This document shows positions 1-41,028 of a DNA stretch of 64,000 nt, one piece after another. The stretch comes from Chrysomallon squamiferum (Eukaryota > Animalia > Mollusca). A model generated the notes under the pieces. It saw nothing but the letters and a program-made list of their open reading frames with translations, ran no database searches and had not been told where the DNA came from. The position numbers were made by a program, and so were the translations under genes. The stretch covers positions 44,144,001-44,208,000 of the forward strand of contig CM022665.1 of the NCBI GenBank assembly GCA_012295275.1, written 5' to 3'. Position 1 is the stretch's first letter. Each line of letters opens with the position of its first letter.

Positions 1-378
1 AAAAAGCATTTAAGAAACATCAGTATGGCTGTGTTATATAATTTTAACTATTTAAACTATCATTCTTCAAAAAGTCTTTATAACTTAGATCAGTACTGTA
101 CTATATGAATGTAAATTTGCAGTATTACCCTTAAAATATTTTTTAATCAATTGGATATACTTCTATGTAAATTTAGAAAGGTGTGTTTAAGAAAAGATTA
201 AAAATTGTCGTAAATGAAACTAGAGAAAACAAATTTAGCTTTGGGTGAATGAAATTTTGTGACAAACACTCCACAGTCTGTAGAATGAAATAGTTAAAGA
301 CGTATCATTCTGCAGACTCACAATAAGCTAAGTACTGTGTGATCGCTGTATATCCTCACACTGTTAAATGTCTTACAG

Positions 379-27024
<26,646 letters not shown>

Positions 27025-27865
27025 AGTAAGTGATTACTGAATCTGGAGTTTTGGGGAGAGGGGCTTCCGGGGGTGTGGTTATGCTTACACGCCCTTGTTA
27101 ATTTTTTTTTTTTTTTTTTTTTTTTTCGTAGCAATAGCAGTGGATTTTCGAAAGGACACATAAATGTCAAGAGGAACATGATTCAAGGAATTGTTGGGGT
27201 TTATTGGGGTTTTTTTTAAAAGATTTTTAATTGTCATTTACTTTCGCTTTCACTTTAATAATAATATAATATAATATAAATTTATTTTTCAGATTTGAAA
27301 ACAAAATTTCCAGAATAACGGTTAGTTTCTTTTTTTTTTTTTTTTTTTTTTTCTTAAAATTTCACGTAAATCAAAATATAATATAATTTTTTTTTATTAT
27401 TATTATTATTATTATTTTTTACACTCTTAACAGTAAAAATTAATCCCATTTTATCAATACAAATTTAAATTAAATATCCCAAATTTTTTAAATTTTTTAT
27501 TTATTTATTATTAGTATTATTTTATTATTATTATTAATTATTTATTATTATTATTATTTTTTTTTCGTTTCAGTTTCAACGCTTTGTTAAATTCTGGATC
27601 TGTTTCTACTACTTCTTTCTAACTTGATCTGTTCGTCCAATGAGGGTGAGACAAACACCAGCGTCACTGATTTCACAACAACAACAACAACAACAAAAAA
27701 CAACAAAAAAAACATACAACAAAAAAATCAACAAAAAAAAATCAGAAAACAAAAAACTCAGACAACGATCTACATATCTCGTTTGTTTTGTGCCGTGCAA
27801 CTTCTAAAAGTATTAAAAAAAACTCTGGATGTTTCTGCTTAATAGAACTTCAGAAACCGCGTCCT

Positions 27866-28115
27866 GATGGTTTACGTAGCATTCTCATTATCTTTTGGGT
27901 TACGTAGCATTCTGATAATCTGTGGTTACAGAGCAATTTGGTCGTTGATGGATAGGTAATCATTCTGATTATGACTGGTTACGTAACAATTCTGATTGTC
28001 TCTGCTGACGTAAGACACTTTAGATGGTTACGTAAGCAATTCTGATAATCGGTGGTTACGTAAGCATTCTGATAATTAGTGGTTACATAGCGTTCTGATT
28101 ATAACTGGTTACGAA
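27866..28115 (+). repeat. Degenerate ~25-30-nt repeat ggttacgta(a)gcattctgat(a/t)at in the probable 3' UTR
   Basis: Recurrent ggttacgt/attctgat motifs, about 8 copies. Confidence 0.75.
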
Positions 28116-28632
28116 GATTGTTAGACATTCGTTTATGAAGATGAAAATTCGTATTCTGATTGTATTTATTTACGAATATTATCAGAAAATTCGTCATCTG
28201 GTCATATTCGTTTATAAAAGAAATATTTTCAGCAAATTCGTATTCCAGATATATACGTTTACGAAGATATCAGAAAATTCGTGTTCTGTTTATCTCTGTA
28301 TTCGTATAATATATCAAAAAAAAAAAATCGTCTTTAGTTATTTTATCTGTGTTTACGAAAATATCAAAAAAAAAATCTGGTTATTTTCGATCGTTAGCAT
28401 ATCAGAACTTGAAATTTGTTAAATTAAAATTCTGATTTATTTCCGTTCACATGGGTATCATTTCATTTTTTTTTTCTTTTCTTTCTACAGAATTAGCGTG
28501 TGTATTGTAGACATTCTAGACCTTTTAAATTACGTCATACATTCATTGTGAACTGGTTAGTCATTACTGCTGATATTATATACGTATTTATTTTACGAGT
28601 GGTTAATATATATATATATACATATACATACA

Positions 28633-28668
<36 letters not shown>

Positions 28669-28883
28669 GGTTGGACTATTATTTATTTATTGTAGGTTTA
28701 TTGTATAAAATAAAATATTTAAAAAAATATATAAAAAAAAAAAAATAAAAAGGTAGAGAAGAAGATGCTGTGCTAAAAATGAAACCCTCATTGGATAAAA
28801 AGACAAATCTATGCTTATAGGTTGTTTTGTGTGGTTAATAATCTAAACAAGTGCAAAATTTGATGTACAGCCCCAAGGCAGTC

Positions 28884-28889
28884 AATAAA
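28884..28889 (+). terminator. Probable Mhc polyadenylation signal
   Basis: AATAAA in unique sequence, followed about 20 nt later by a GT/T-rich downstream element (tttgatttttgttgttttt...). Confidence 0.5.
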
Positions 28890-29013
28890 CTTTCTGTCTT
28901 CAGTCTTTGATTTTTGTTGTTTTTTTGTTGTTTTTACTGTGTGTTAGATTTCGTTTAAGTTTTATTTTAATCACTGTTAGAGTTTTTCTTTATTTATTAT
29001 TATTTTTTATTAT

Positions 29014-29045
<32 letters not shown>

Positions 29046-30095
29046 CTTTGCTATTTTTAAATTTATTTTTCTTCATTTATTATTATTATTTTTTTTTTTT
29101 TTTTAATTTATTATTATTATTCTTATTATTTTCGTTGTTGTTACTGGTGATGTTTATTTTTATTTATTTATTTATTTACTTATTAATAATTATATATGCA
29201 TTTTTAATTGATTCTTACGTTTTTTATATTTGATTTTTAAAATTTTATTTTTTGTTTTATATTTATTTATTTTCTAATTATTTTTCTTTTCTTTTTTTAA
29301 ATTGTTCATTTACAGAAATGTTTATGTATTTTTTAAAATTATTTTCAATAGTATTTTATTTTTTTTTTTTTTTTTATTAACTGTTATATCAATATTTTAT
29401 TTTGAAGTCTTTTTCATTCTATTATCATTATTAATTCATCATAATTACTTTATATTATTTAATCTTCTATTTTCCCAATTACTTTCATATTTTAAGAAGT
29501 AACAAAATTTTCTCTGAAATCAGAAGCTTTATTTATAAACCTTTCATTCATTCGTTTAAGTGTGTATCTCCAGGAATGAATTAAACTTTTTTCACAGTCG
29601 TTCTACATTCATCAAGGTAATTTTCTTTTTCTTCAAATTGATCTGTCAAAGCTGAATACGTTCTTAACAAACTGAACGCGACTTTTCAAAGAACTGAACG
29701 TTTTGAAGAAAAAAAAAAAAAAAAATGTTCCTCATCCTCCAGTACTTTTAACACGCAAATCACGGTGCTGTAGGCTACGAGATCAATACTTCTTCCAGTC
29801 TTTCTTCTACAGTATCAAAGAAAACATTTTCAGCTTAATTACACGTGAGAAAAGTTCATGTCAGACATTCCTTGCAGAGGACGAATTGAGTGCATACAGC
29901 ACATTCCCCTTAAAATTTTGCGAATCGATTTTTTGTTTTGATTTTTTTTTTTAATCCCTTCATCATTACGAAATGCACTTTATCTTGAATTTTATATTCG
30001 ACGATGCCACAACCTTTTTCTAAAGTCTAAATCCTACCCTAGTATTAATTAGCACTATCTAATGGCAATGAGTTTTTGTTTCCTCTCTGATAACT

Positions 30096-31612
30096 GTGAT
30101 TAAATACTGAGATATCTTTAACCCTAATTAAACACTGACATATCTTTAACCCTGATTAAACATTCAGATATCTTTAACACCTGATTAAACACTGAGATAT
30201 CTTTAACTCTGATTAAACACTGAGATATCTTTAACACCTGATTAAACATTGAGATATCTTTAACACCTGATTAAACACTCAGATATCTTTAACACCTGAT
30301 TAAACACTGAGTTATCTTTAACTCTGATTAAACACTGAGAATCTTTAACTCTGATTAAAAACAGAAATTATCTTTAACACTGATTAAACACTCAGATATC
30401 TTTAACCCTGATTAAACACTGAGATATCTTTAACCCTGATTAAACACTGAGATATCTTTAACACCTGATTAAACACTGAGATATATTTAACTCTGATAAA
30501 ACACTGAGATATCTTTAACACCTGATTAAATACTGAGATATCTTTAACACCTGATTAAACACTGAGATATCTTTAACCCTGATTAAATACTGAGATATCT
30601 TTAACCCTGATTAAACACTAAGATATCTTTAACTCTGATTAAACATTCAGATATCTTTAACCCTGATTAAACACTGAGATATCTTTAACACCTGATTAAA
30701 CACTGAGATATATTTAACTCTGATAAAACACTGAGATATCTTTAACACCTGATTAAATACTGAGATATCTTTAACACCTGATTAAACACTGAGATATCTT
30801 TAACCCTGATTAAATACTGAGATATCTTTAACCCTGATTAAACACTAAGATATCTTTAACTCTGATTAAACATTCAGATATCTTTAACCCTGATTAAACA
30901 CTGAGATATCTTTAACACCTGATTAAACACTGAGATATCTTTAACCTTGATTAAACACTGAGATATCTTTAACTCTGATTAAACACTGAGATATCTTTAA
31001 CACCTGATTAAACACTGAGATATCTTTAACCTCATTAAACAAAAAATATCTTTAACACCTGATTAAACATGGGATATCTTTAACACCTGATTAAACACTG
31101 AGATATCTTTAACACCTGATTAAACACTGAGATATCTTTGACACCTGATTAAACACTGAGATATCTTTAACTCTGATAAAACACTGAGATATCTTTAACA
31201 CCTGATTAAACACTGAGATATCTTTAACCTTGATTAAACACTGAGATATCTTTAACTCTGATTAAACACTGAGATATCTTTAACACCTGATTAAACACTG
31301 AGATATCTTTAACCTCATTAAAAACAAAAATATCTTTAACACCTGATTAAACATGGGATATCTTTTTAAACCTGATTAAACACTGAGATATCTTTAACAC
31401 CTGATTAAACACTGAGATATCTTTGACACCTGATTAAACACTGAGATATCTTTAACTCTGATTAAACACTCAGATATCTTTAACCCTGATTAAACACTCA
31501 GATATCTTTAACCCTGATTAAACACTGAGATATCTTTAACCCTGATTAAACACTCAGATATCTTTAACCCTGATTAAACACTCAGATATCTTTAACCCTG
31601 ATTAAACACTGT
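30096..31612 (+). repeat. 28-29-nt satellite ctgattaaacactgagatatctttaac(a)c, about 53 copies, intergenic
   Basis: Head-to-tail array without spacers; variant monomers recur at 227-nt and 283-nt spacing. Confidence 0.97.
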
Positions 31613-32735
31613 CAGTCGACACAAAAAAGGATCGTTCTGTATATCTTCCCACATGACTAATCTGTGCAGTGATAATGACTTTCTAAATTAGATATTTCTA
31701 GGAGAAAGAAAAATATTTTACAGCATGCAGCCAGAATCAATCCAGCTTTCCAAGAAACAGATGCTCTTTTTTAGAAATTTCCAATTACGTGAGTAACTGA
31801 TATCATTTGCGTTTGCTTCAAACTTTGACACTGGTTTTTTGAACTTTTAAATTTTTGTATAAAAACCTTCCGATCAAAGATGTTCTGTCGACAGATAAAG
31901 GCGACAATAAAATATTTTTTTATAAATGTAATTAATTTTTTTTTTTTTTCATCCTGTACGGACGAAAATAGATGCTGCGGATTTCTTTTGACTGCTTGCT
32001 TGATTATTTGCTCTATGTATTGAAATTTTGGTAATTCCGAAAAAACAACGAATTCATAGCTAATTGGGTGATTTTGGCTGGATTTTTTGTGTGGGTTTTT
32101 TGTATTTTTTGTTTTTTCATGTGTTTGGAAGACGTTCAGTTAAGTACAAGTGACACAAAACGCTCATCTCGAAGACAGACTAGGTAATTTTTAGAATGTT
32201 TCCATTAAAACATTCGATAAGCACGCCTCTTTTTTTTTTTTTTTAATCTTTTTTTTTTTTTTGGTTTATGACACAGTCTCACACTTCGCCAGAAATCTGT
32301 TCTCAATGTGAAAATGAATTGACTAAATACATCTTATTATTTTTCCACGAAAAAAAAAAAAAAAAAAACATATAAAAATAAAATAAAAAAATAAAAAAAT
32401 AATAAAAACGACAATAGTTCTTGATTATTAAATTAGCTATGGTTGAAACAAACAAAATATAGATAGGTACGTAGATAGATAGACAGCCAGACAGACAGAC
32501 AGATAGAGAAACAGACAGACAGACAGATACACGGATAAAGAAACAGTGTATGGATGAATGTGTATATACATGTGTTTCTTTTTTTCTATTGCAGCTGCTT
32601 TACTTAATATTATTACAGGGACTACTACCACCACTGCTACTGCCTCCACTACTACTACTACTACTGCTATTAGTACCATTACATATACAACGATTATACT
32701 ACTGCTGGGTTCCTTTTTTTCTGTTAATATTTAAT

Positions 32736-32901
<166 letters not shown>

Positions 32902-33761
32902 GCGCAAATTCTTAGCAACCAGAATTGTGGTCGTTAATTTCCCTTTCGCATTTAATTAATTTTCAAACTGACCGCATTTTTTTAGGAGATTTACAGTAAT
33001 TCTATAGCATATAGCACATGTGATAGTCAATAATTCACACCGTGCTAAGATAATTGAGAATATTGATCGCCGAACCGTGTAGATTATACTTACATTGTGG
33101 TCGATTACCTGTTGCCATATTAAACACTGGAATGACTTCTCGTTATTTGCCCGTTTCGGTTGAACAAATAAATTCTGAACAGACGGGCGAGTTTACTTCC
33201 ATTGACCGAAGTGTTCAGTGTATCGCAGAGTTTAATTGCCCCGTTGAAATGATAACGTTGTTAACACAAGAGAAGGGCATTTTTCAGCATGTTTGTGTTA
33301 TACGAATCTCGAGTACAGGTTTTTCTCTCTCGCTGTACGAATGTGAGTTTCTGAATATAATAAAGATAGAAAATGTATCTATGTGTTTTTGGATGTATAC
33401 GTCTGTATGTGTGTATATGCGACGTATATATGTGTGTGCACATGTATGTATTGTGTATATACATCCATATACACACACACTAACTGACATACGTACATAC
33501 ATACATACATATATATGAAACATTTAGTGTGTATATGAAAGTATGTATGCATGTAGTATTTATATATATACACACACACATACACTCACATACGTACATA
33601 CATAAATTCATACATATAAAACATTTTATATCGTAGATATTTCTGTTCAGACTTCATAACATTAAATTGTCAGTTATTTTATTTTATTTATTTTAATTTT
33701 TTTTTTTGTCGTTTTTGATTTAGAGAGAGAGAGATCGAGAGAGAGAGAAAGAAAGAGCGAA

Positions 33762-33841
<80 letters not shown>

Positions 33842-34527
33842 AAAAACAAAGATTTAAAAGGACATTAAAAAACGGAAACCACTTTTAATTTTAACAGAAA
33901 AAGATAAAAAAATAAAATAAAATAAAATAAAAAGTAAAAAAACCCAATAAAACTAAAACTTTTGAAAAACAATTTGAAAAACAATTTAAAAAATAAAAAT
34001 GTAAATAAAATAAATAAACAACGACAAAACAATGTAACTAACATCCAGGCCGTGCGAAACGTATTTACACTGGATTTACGTTTACGGTACAATTAACACC
34101 CGACAAATAAAAAGCACATCTACCCTAAAGCTACGGAGAACTTCTTTCAAAGATCGGTTTTCCCCCGCGGAATACACCGGCCTCTGTTTCGTATCACGAA
34201 TCGTCAACTCGTTTTATTGGACAAAAGCACATAGTTTAAGGATCGGTAGAAAAACTCGATTTTGCATTATGCTTAACAACAACCGTAAACACGCTAACAG
34301 CTGTCATGTGTAAAAGGAAAGAGGCGAACAAAAAAATAAATAAATAAAAGCTAAATGATAAGGGAGGATTTAGCGCAAGCGTTGAAGACGAAGAGGGAAA
34401 ATTGTGTTAGACTGGTGTTTCGTTTTGTTAGACGTAGCGTCTTCATTAACGTTACGTTTTTTTAAATTATTTTTCTGCCTGAAACGTTATCTTTGAAAAC
34501 AAGAAGAAGGAAAGTAAAGACAGAAAA

Positions 34528-34552
34528 ATGCAATGGGCGGCGCTAGACTGGG
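34528..34552 (+). CDS. Candidate first coding exon of the CNG gene (MQWAALDW)
   Basis: aaaATG...TGGG|gtaaga at the end of a GC-richer unique block (about 34040-34590). Phase 1 matches the candidate exon at 36296. Confidence 0.35.
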
Positions 34553-35061
34553 GTAAGAGAAAAAGGCGTGCCAGGTAGGACCTTCGTGTCGTATTTCTTT
34601 TATTACAGTTTATAGTTTGTAATAGTATATTAACATTGTATAATAATTAATATATTATTTGTTACAGTGGTAGTGTGTGCGATGTTTATGTAAAGTTCTA
34701 CTATCTTGAAATACAGTTCGTACTAGTAAATGTTTGTAATGGTACAAGTCGTAGTAGTAACAGCAGTAACGTGCATGAATGTATGTATGTAGGTAGGTAC
34801 ATACGTATATTTGTGTGCATTTATGTATAAGAATTTACGTTCGTATATATTCGTATGCATCTATATATATGTACGTATATTTGTGCGCGTCTAATATATG
34901 TACGTATGTATGATTGTATTTGTGTATGTGCTTATATTGGTAAGTATGTGTTTCTTAAAACAATAAATTTTACTTTTATTTTTAAGATCTCGAGACCAGC
35001 TGTTAAGTAACAAGGTAAGCAACTATCAGTCTGTATGTATCTGTATTTAGCTATCTCCCCA

Positions 35062-35120
<59 letters not shown>

Positions 35121-35851
35121 ATCATTCTTTCTCCTCTGTTTTATTCTTCCACATTTTATATTTTGTCTTTCCATCTTTTGTTTTTCGTTTCGTTAAGTTA
35201 AAACCGATTTGCTATATGTCTCTGGAATCCATGTGCCTTTTATACACACATTTCTTTATTTTTTTCTTCACTTTACGCTCTTCTATTCAATAATCGGCTT
35301 CGTTTTATTGATAAAAAGTAATAACATTTCCTGACTAAATCATTAACAGTCAATGGAGTTACAGAAGCATGCTGTGTGTTCTTAATTACTAAGCTGGTTT
35401 TGACTGATAAACAAACACACACACACACACACACACACAGTCACACAGAATCACACACACACACACACACACACACACAATGTTTATTAATGATATTGTC
35501 TGATAAACAACTTAATGTCGCGACATGCTACGTATTTGGAAATTATTTGCTATTGAATGACGGGAATGATTTGTCTGATAATGGCAGAATGGATATCAAG
35601 ACTGACACAGAAGTCACTCATTGGCTGAGCTTTAGAACGTCTCGATTTGATTGGTTGTTGCATATATTAACAACAAACTACGTATTGTATTTTTAGATTT
35701 TTTATTTTTTATATATATATTAAATTCAGTACAAAGAAGAATTCTATGCCAGCTGTCTAACTGCAGTTATTGTTATTATTGATGCTGGTGTTGTTCTGTA
35801 ATGTGTACATATATACATATATATAAATACATACATACATACATACATGCA

Positions 35852-35883
<32 letters not shown>

Positions 35884-36357
35884 CAGTGGTACCTCGACTT
35901 ACGAATGCCCCAACTTACGAGTTTTTTCGAGTTACGAGCAGTCGCCAGGTCGATTTTGAGTTGCGAGCAAAAATCCGAGTTACGAGCGATCTTCAGACAC
36001 GCTGTCGTATTGTGGTTTACACTGAATTTGACGTATTTAAAGTAAATACATACTGTATAGTTATACTTATCTTTCTCCACGTATATATATGTATGTATGT
36101 ATATACTATAAGATTGTCGTATTCTGGTTTATACCACATTTGATGTATCTAAAGTAAATACATACTGTACAGTTATATTTATCTTTCTCCACGTATATAT
36201 ATGTATATACTATAAGATTGTCGTATTGTGGTTTACACTGAATATAACATATCTAAAGTAAATACATACTGTATACTTTATCTGTCTCCTCGCAGAAACA
36301 AAAACAGAAACATTACCCTGTCGTTTGCATGAACGAAAATGTCAATTGGTACCACTG
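35884..36357 (+). mobile_element. pogo/Tigger-like (Tc1-mariner superfamily) non-autonomous element remnant
   Basis: TA|CAGTGGTACCTCGACTTACGAA terminus with subterminal (ga)gttacgag repeats; the reverse complement GGTACCACTG occurs at 36348-36357. The left end is well supported and the right end is tentative. Confidence 0.55.
36004..36295 (+). repeat. Three tandem copies of a ~104-112-nt unit, the last ending at an AG acceptor
   Basis: gtcgtatt..ggttta..taaagtaaatacatactgta..tatct.tctcc starts at 36004, 36116 and 36220. Confidence 0.88.
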
Positions 36358-36462
36358 ACATCAAACATCCGCAGTAAGTGCCGTTATTTACGTCCGAACC
36401 GCCGCAGGGGGCGGATTCGTTCCGTACACCCCACGGGTCTGTGGATGTATCGCGTCTTGCAC
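36296..36462 (+). CDS. Candidate CNG N-terminal exon (ETKTETLPCRLHER...RRRGRIRSVHPTGLWMYRVLH)
   Basis: ctcgcag| ... CAC|gtatgg. Only the phase 1-to-0 frame is open, which links 34552 to 48638. No homology support that I can recognise. Confidence 0.4.
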
Positions 36463-37355
36463 GTATGGTTTTAATGACTTGACGTATTCGGCTGTCAGAC
36501 AGTTATTCCTGCTAGACATAATCGAAATCTATATTAAGCAGGAATTATTTGTATTTTTTACGTCTAGATTAGTTTAGACTGCAGCATTCTCTGTTGCAGA
36601 CAAATGTAACTCAGATTAAAGACTGGATAAAGAGGATAAGCGACTCTTGTGCAATCTCTACTCCATTCTACATTATTGTCTCTCTGTTCATTTTCCTGGG
36701 TTTATTAAAAGTATTAGTAGCAATAGTAGTAGTGGTAGTGGAAGGAGTAGTTATAGTAGTAGTAGTAGTAGTAATATTAGTAGTTGTAATAGTATTACTG
36801 TTATTATTATTGTTATTTTTGTTTGTTATTATTATTATTGTTATTGTTATTAATAGTAATAGTTGTTGTAGTAGTATTACTGTTATTATTATTGTTATTG
36901 TTGTTATTATTATTATTACTATTATTATTGTTATTATTTTTTTTGTACTATTATTATCGCTATTATTATTGTTATCATTATTATTTATTTATTTATTTAT
37001 TTACTTGCTTATTTATTTATTTATTTATTTTTGTTTATTTATCTGCTTATTTATTTATTTATTTATTGGTTTGTTTATTTATTTTTAATTTATTTTAAGT
37101 TTAATGCTATTCCAGAACCATAACTGTGATGTCCCCCGCCCCTTTTAAAAAAGACGTGGGCCCCGCCTCTGCATAGCAAGTGGCCTCGCTGTCAGTTTCT
37201 GAATGGTTAATACTTAACAGTGTGTCTATCAGAATCGCTAGTTTTATAACACTCGTTTATTTATATCATGACGATTTTAATCTCTACGAGGTTCATTCAT
37301 GGTGCAAGTAGCCATGAAGTTTGACAGGAGATATCTATCGCAGAACCATCATTGT

Positions 37356-37399
<44 letters not shown>

Positions 37400-39117
37400 G
37401 AATAGATCCGATCTAAACAGTTAAACAAGTCACTTTTTTTTTTTCATATACGAGAGACATTACGGTATTGAAAGACCGTTTAAAGTGGAATAGGATTTTT
37501 TTTTTTATTTTTATTATTATTTTTTTTTTTATATATATTATGAATAGATCCAATCTAAATAGTTAAACAAGTCAAATTTTTGTTCTTTCTTATACAAGAG
37601 ATATTACGGTATTGACAGATACTTTGCAGTGGAATAGGATTTTTTTTTCTTTTTTTTTTCTGTTTTTTTCTTTTCTCGTAACTTTCAGAGTTCGTATCCC
37701 AGCCCCAACTTTTAATCCTGTCATATGTATGGTTTATTATCAATTATTGACATGAATACACAAAAAATAATACTAAAAATAATTTAAAAAAAAGTATTTC
37801 GAGTTCTATGCTTGTCTGTACAAATATGTTAAAAAGATTCTATTCCAATAAAAAAAAAAAAAAGTCTTTAAATAATAGGTGGATATTCGGGGTAACAAAC
37901 ATAATGTCAACAGTGTAATAGTTTTTATATTTTTATGATATTTGTTATAAAGAAGCAAACTGATAACATTTTGTGTCAGCGTAAATTTACAGGTAAATCT
38001 AGAAAAACTAAGATTTTAATTTAATTTTATTTTATTTTATTCTGTTTAATCTATTTTTTATTTATTTTTCTTTTATTTTTTATTTGTTCCTTTTTTTTAT
38101 TTCTTCTTTTCTACTTTTTTAATTTTCTGTTTTCTTCTTTCATTCCTTCATTCTTTGTTGATTTTTTTTTTAATCACAGTTTTTATTTCTTCCATTTTCT
38201 ATTCTGTAAAAAAAACAAAAAGAAGATTAACAGAAATTAAATAACACATGAAAAGTTATTTTATTTGGTATTGTTCATTTATTTATTTATTTATTTATTT
38301 ATTTATTTTGTTTGTTTTTGTTTGTTTTATTTCTTCTACTTTTCTTTCTTTGCATTTTCATTCTTTTCTCTTCCTTTTTCAATCATTATTTTCTTTTTCT
38401 TTCATTCATTCATTGGGTTTTTTCTTTCTATCACCCTTTGTTGTTGTTTTTTTCACTGGTTTCTTCTTTCTTAATTTGATGCCTTTTACCGTCTAACTTT
38501 CCTTTATTCTTTTATTCTCTTCATTTTTTTATCTCCCTTTCTGAATAACAGTTGTCAAGAGAAATTAACTCCATTGAACATATTTTCAGTTAGACCCAGA
38601 CGAACAAACATAAACCATTCTTTATTTCCCATTGTATGTTTTTTCTAAAAGAAAAAATCTACACGTATTATATTCTCTTTTTTTTTTCTTTTCTTTTTCT
38701 TTCTTTCTTTAAATGCTCACTATTGAAACGAGGTGAAATTTAAAACTGGTATATTTATTATTCCGGAGTGTCCCAGCTCGACTGCACATAAAAACAAAAG
38801 TATGCGTGTCTGTATGTCCCTTCTGTGTTTCGTGCAGAAATGTATTGTGCATGTAATGAAAACACCTCACCTTTATACAAAGAAACCAGCTGCGCTGAAC
38901 ATATATAAATAAATAAATATATATATATATATATATATGTATATGTAGACACACATATGTAGACACACACACACAGACATATATGCACTGTATAAAGGTT
39001 TCTATGGAAGCTTATAGCCTGCCTGTTTCTATATATTTAACAACTGTACAATGGGATCTTTTACTTTTAACGAGACCTTTCATTTGGTTTTTTTACGCGG
39101 TCAGATATATATTTTTA

Positions 39118-39182
<65 letters not shown>

Positions 39183-39243
39183 TATATATAAATATCAGGT
39201 TAGCATTTAACAAAATGTAAGTGAAAGAACAATTCGTTTTTTG

Positions 39244-39297
<54 letters not shown>

Positions 39298-40072
39298 AAT
39301 AAAACAAATTATAATTAATTTTTAAAAATTTATAAGATTTCTTATTTGTAAAACATTAGCTATGTGTTATAAAACCAGACGCTGAATAAAGCCCATGTTG
39401 TTTTTTTTCATACATATTTTACCTCCACTCATTGAAAAGTAATATACCAAGGTGAAAATATATCTATTATGAAAGAGATATATATATATATATGTAAATA
39501 CGAGAAAGAACTGGAACGTAGAACTGGAACGTAGATCTGCAGTTACGCTAGTGTCATATCGAAGGTCTAGAGATTTAGGAAGTAAAAAAAAAAAATCAAC
39601 GACACTTCATCTGTCGACGGAAAATCAACGAAGCGATCAGAAATAAGGTTTTTGAAGAGATCGATAATGACTTGAACAGGTGTGTCATTATTATTAGCTT
39701 TCACATCTCGAGTTACTGGAATATTTAGTGTGTGATATGAGTTTTATTTCAGGTGCATGCTACAACTTGCGTAATAACCGATTTTTCACGTAATGTACCA
39801 ATATGTCACAGGGAACATTTTGGGTCGTGTCAAATGTTATTTCTGGCTTGATTACTTCGTTAATCTTTTTCGCTTTGAAAGTTTAAGTATAGGTGTAATT
39901 ATAATTGTGAATACGCACAAAAGGATGGACATTATACGTACTGATTTTTAGAAAATATCTTATAGCAATTATTAGCTGTGTGTATTATTAATGTGATTTA
40001 AAAAAATTTAGAATTCGAAAAATGATAGTATAATTTCAGTTGGGATTAGACACTAATTAATTATATATTATA

Positions 40073-40123
<51 letters not shown>

Positions 40124-40395
40124 CATTATTATTTATTATTTAATATTATTATTATTTATGTCATTTTGTAATTAAATGGTTGCATTTTATTACAGACATT
40201 TATAATTATACATACATACATACATACATATATTATTTATGCATACATACATCATTATACATTATTATTATACATTACATACATACATACATAACTATAT
40301 GCATACATCATTTTCGTAATTAAATGGTTGCATTTGAAATACTTCAATACATATAGACATTAAAAATAATACAAAATACATAATACATACATATA

Positions 40396-40427
<32 letters not shown>

Positions 40428-40925
40428 CATTCATACATACATACATAATACATATATGCATACATACATACATACATACATACATACATACATACATACA
40501 TACATACATACATACATACATACATACATACATACATACATACATGTCACACATACATTTTAGTCAACATTTACACAACCCATGTTGTTATAGGATCTAT
40601 TTTTTATTATTCGTGCACAAATTTTAATTTACAAAACACTTTGGTTATTATTATTATTAATTATTTATTTTTAACCCAGTTATTTGTTCTGTTGCTATTA
40701 ACATCGTTCCTGACTCATATAATAGACAGAAATCGTCTGTTATTCCATTTTTAATTTATTTTGACGTACATTTCAACCAAGAATCTATCGAATTACAAAA
40801 AAATAAAAAATAAAAAAAATAAATGAAAACAGTGATGAGTCACTGAAAAAAACAGATCAATAACGAATTAATTTCACCGAGATTTCATTTTGAAAATGAA
40901 TATATATATATATATATTTTATTAG

Positions 40926-40956
<31 letters not shown>

Positions 40957-40997
40957 TTTTTTTTTGCGAGGTCTTAAAATACATCATTTATCAAAAA

Positions 40998-41028
<31 letters not shown>

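Noticed and set aside
30096-31612. CRISPR-like array (repeat length 28-29 nt, partly palindromic)
   Set aside because: Units are head-to-tail with no unique spacers, there are no cas genes, and the context is eukaryotic. The same applies to the arrays at 25030 and 55415.
33054-33518. 154-aa plus-strand ORF
   Set aside because: Non-ATG start, runs into a microsatellite, and has no recognisable motif.
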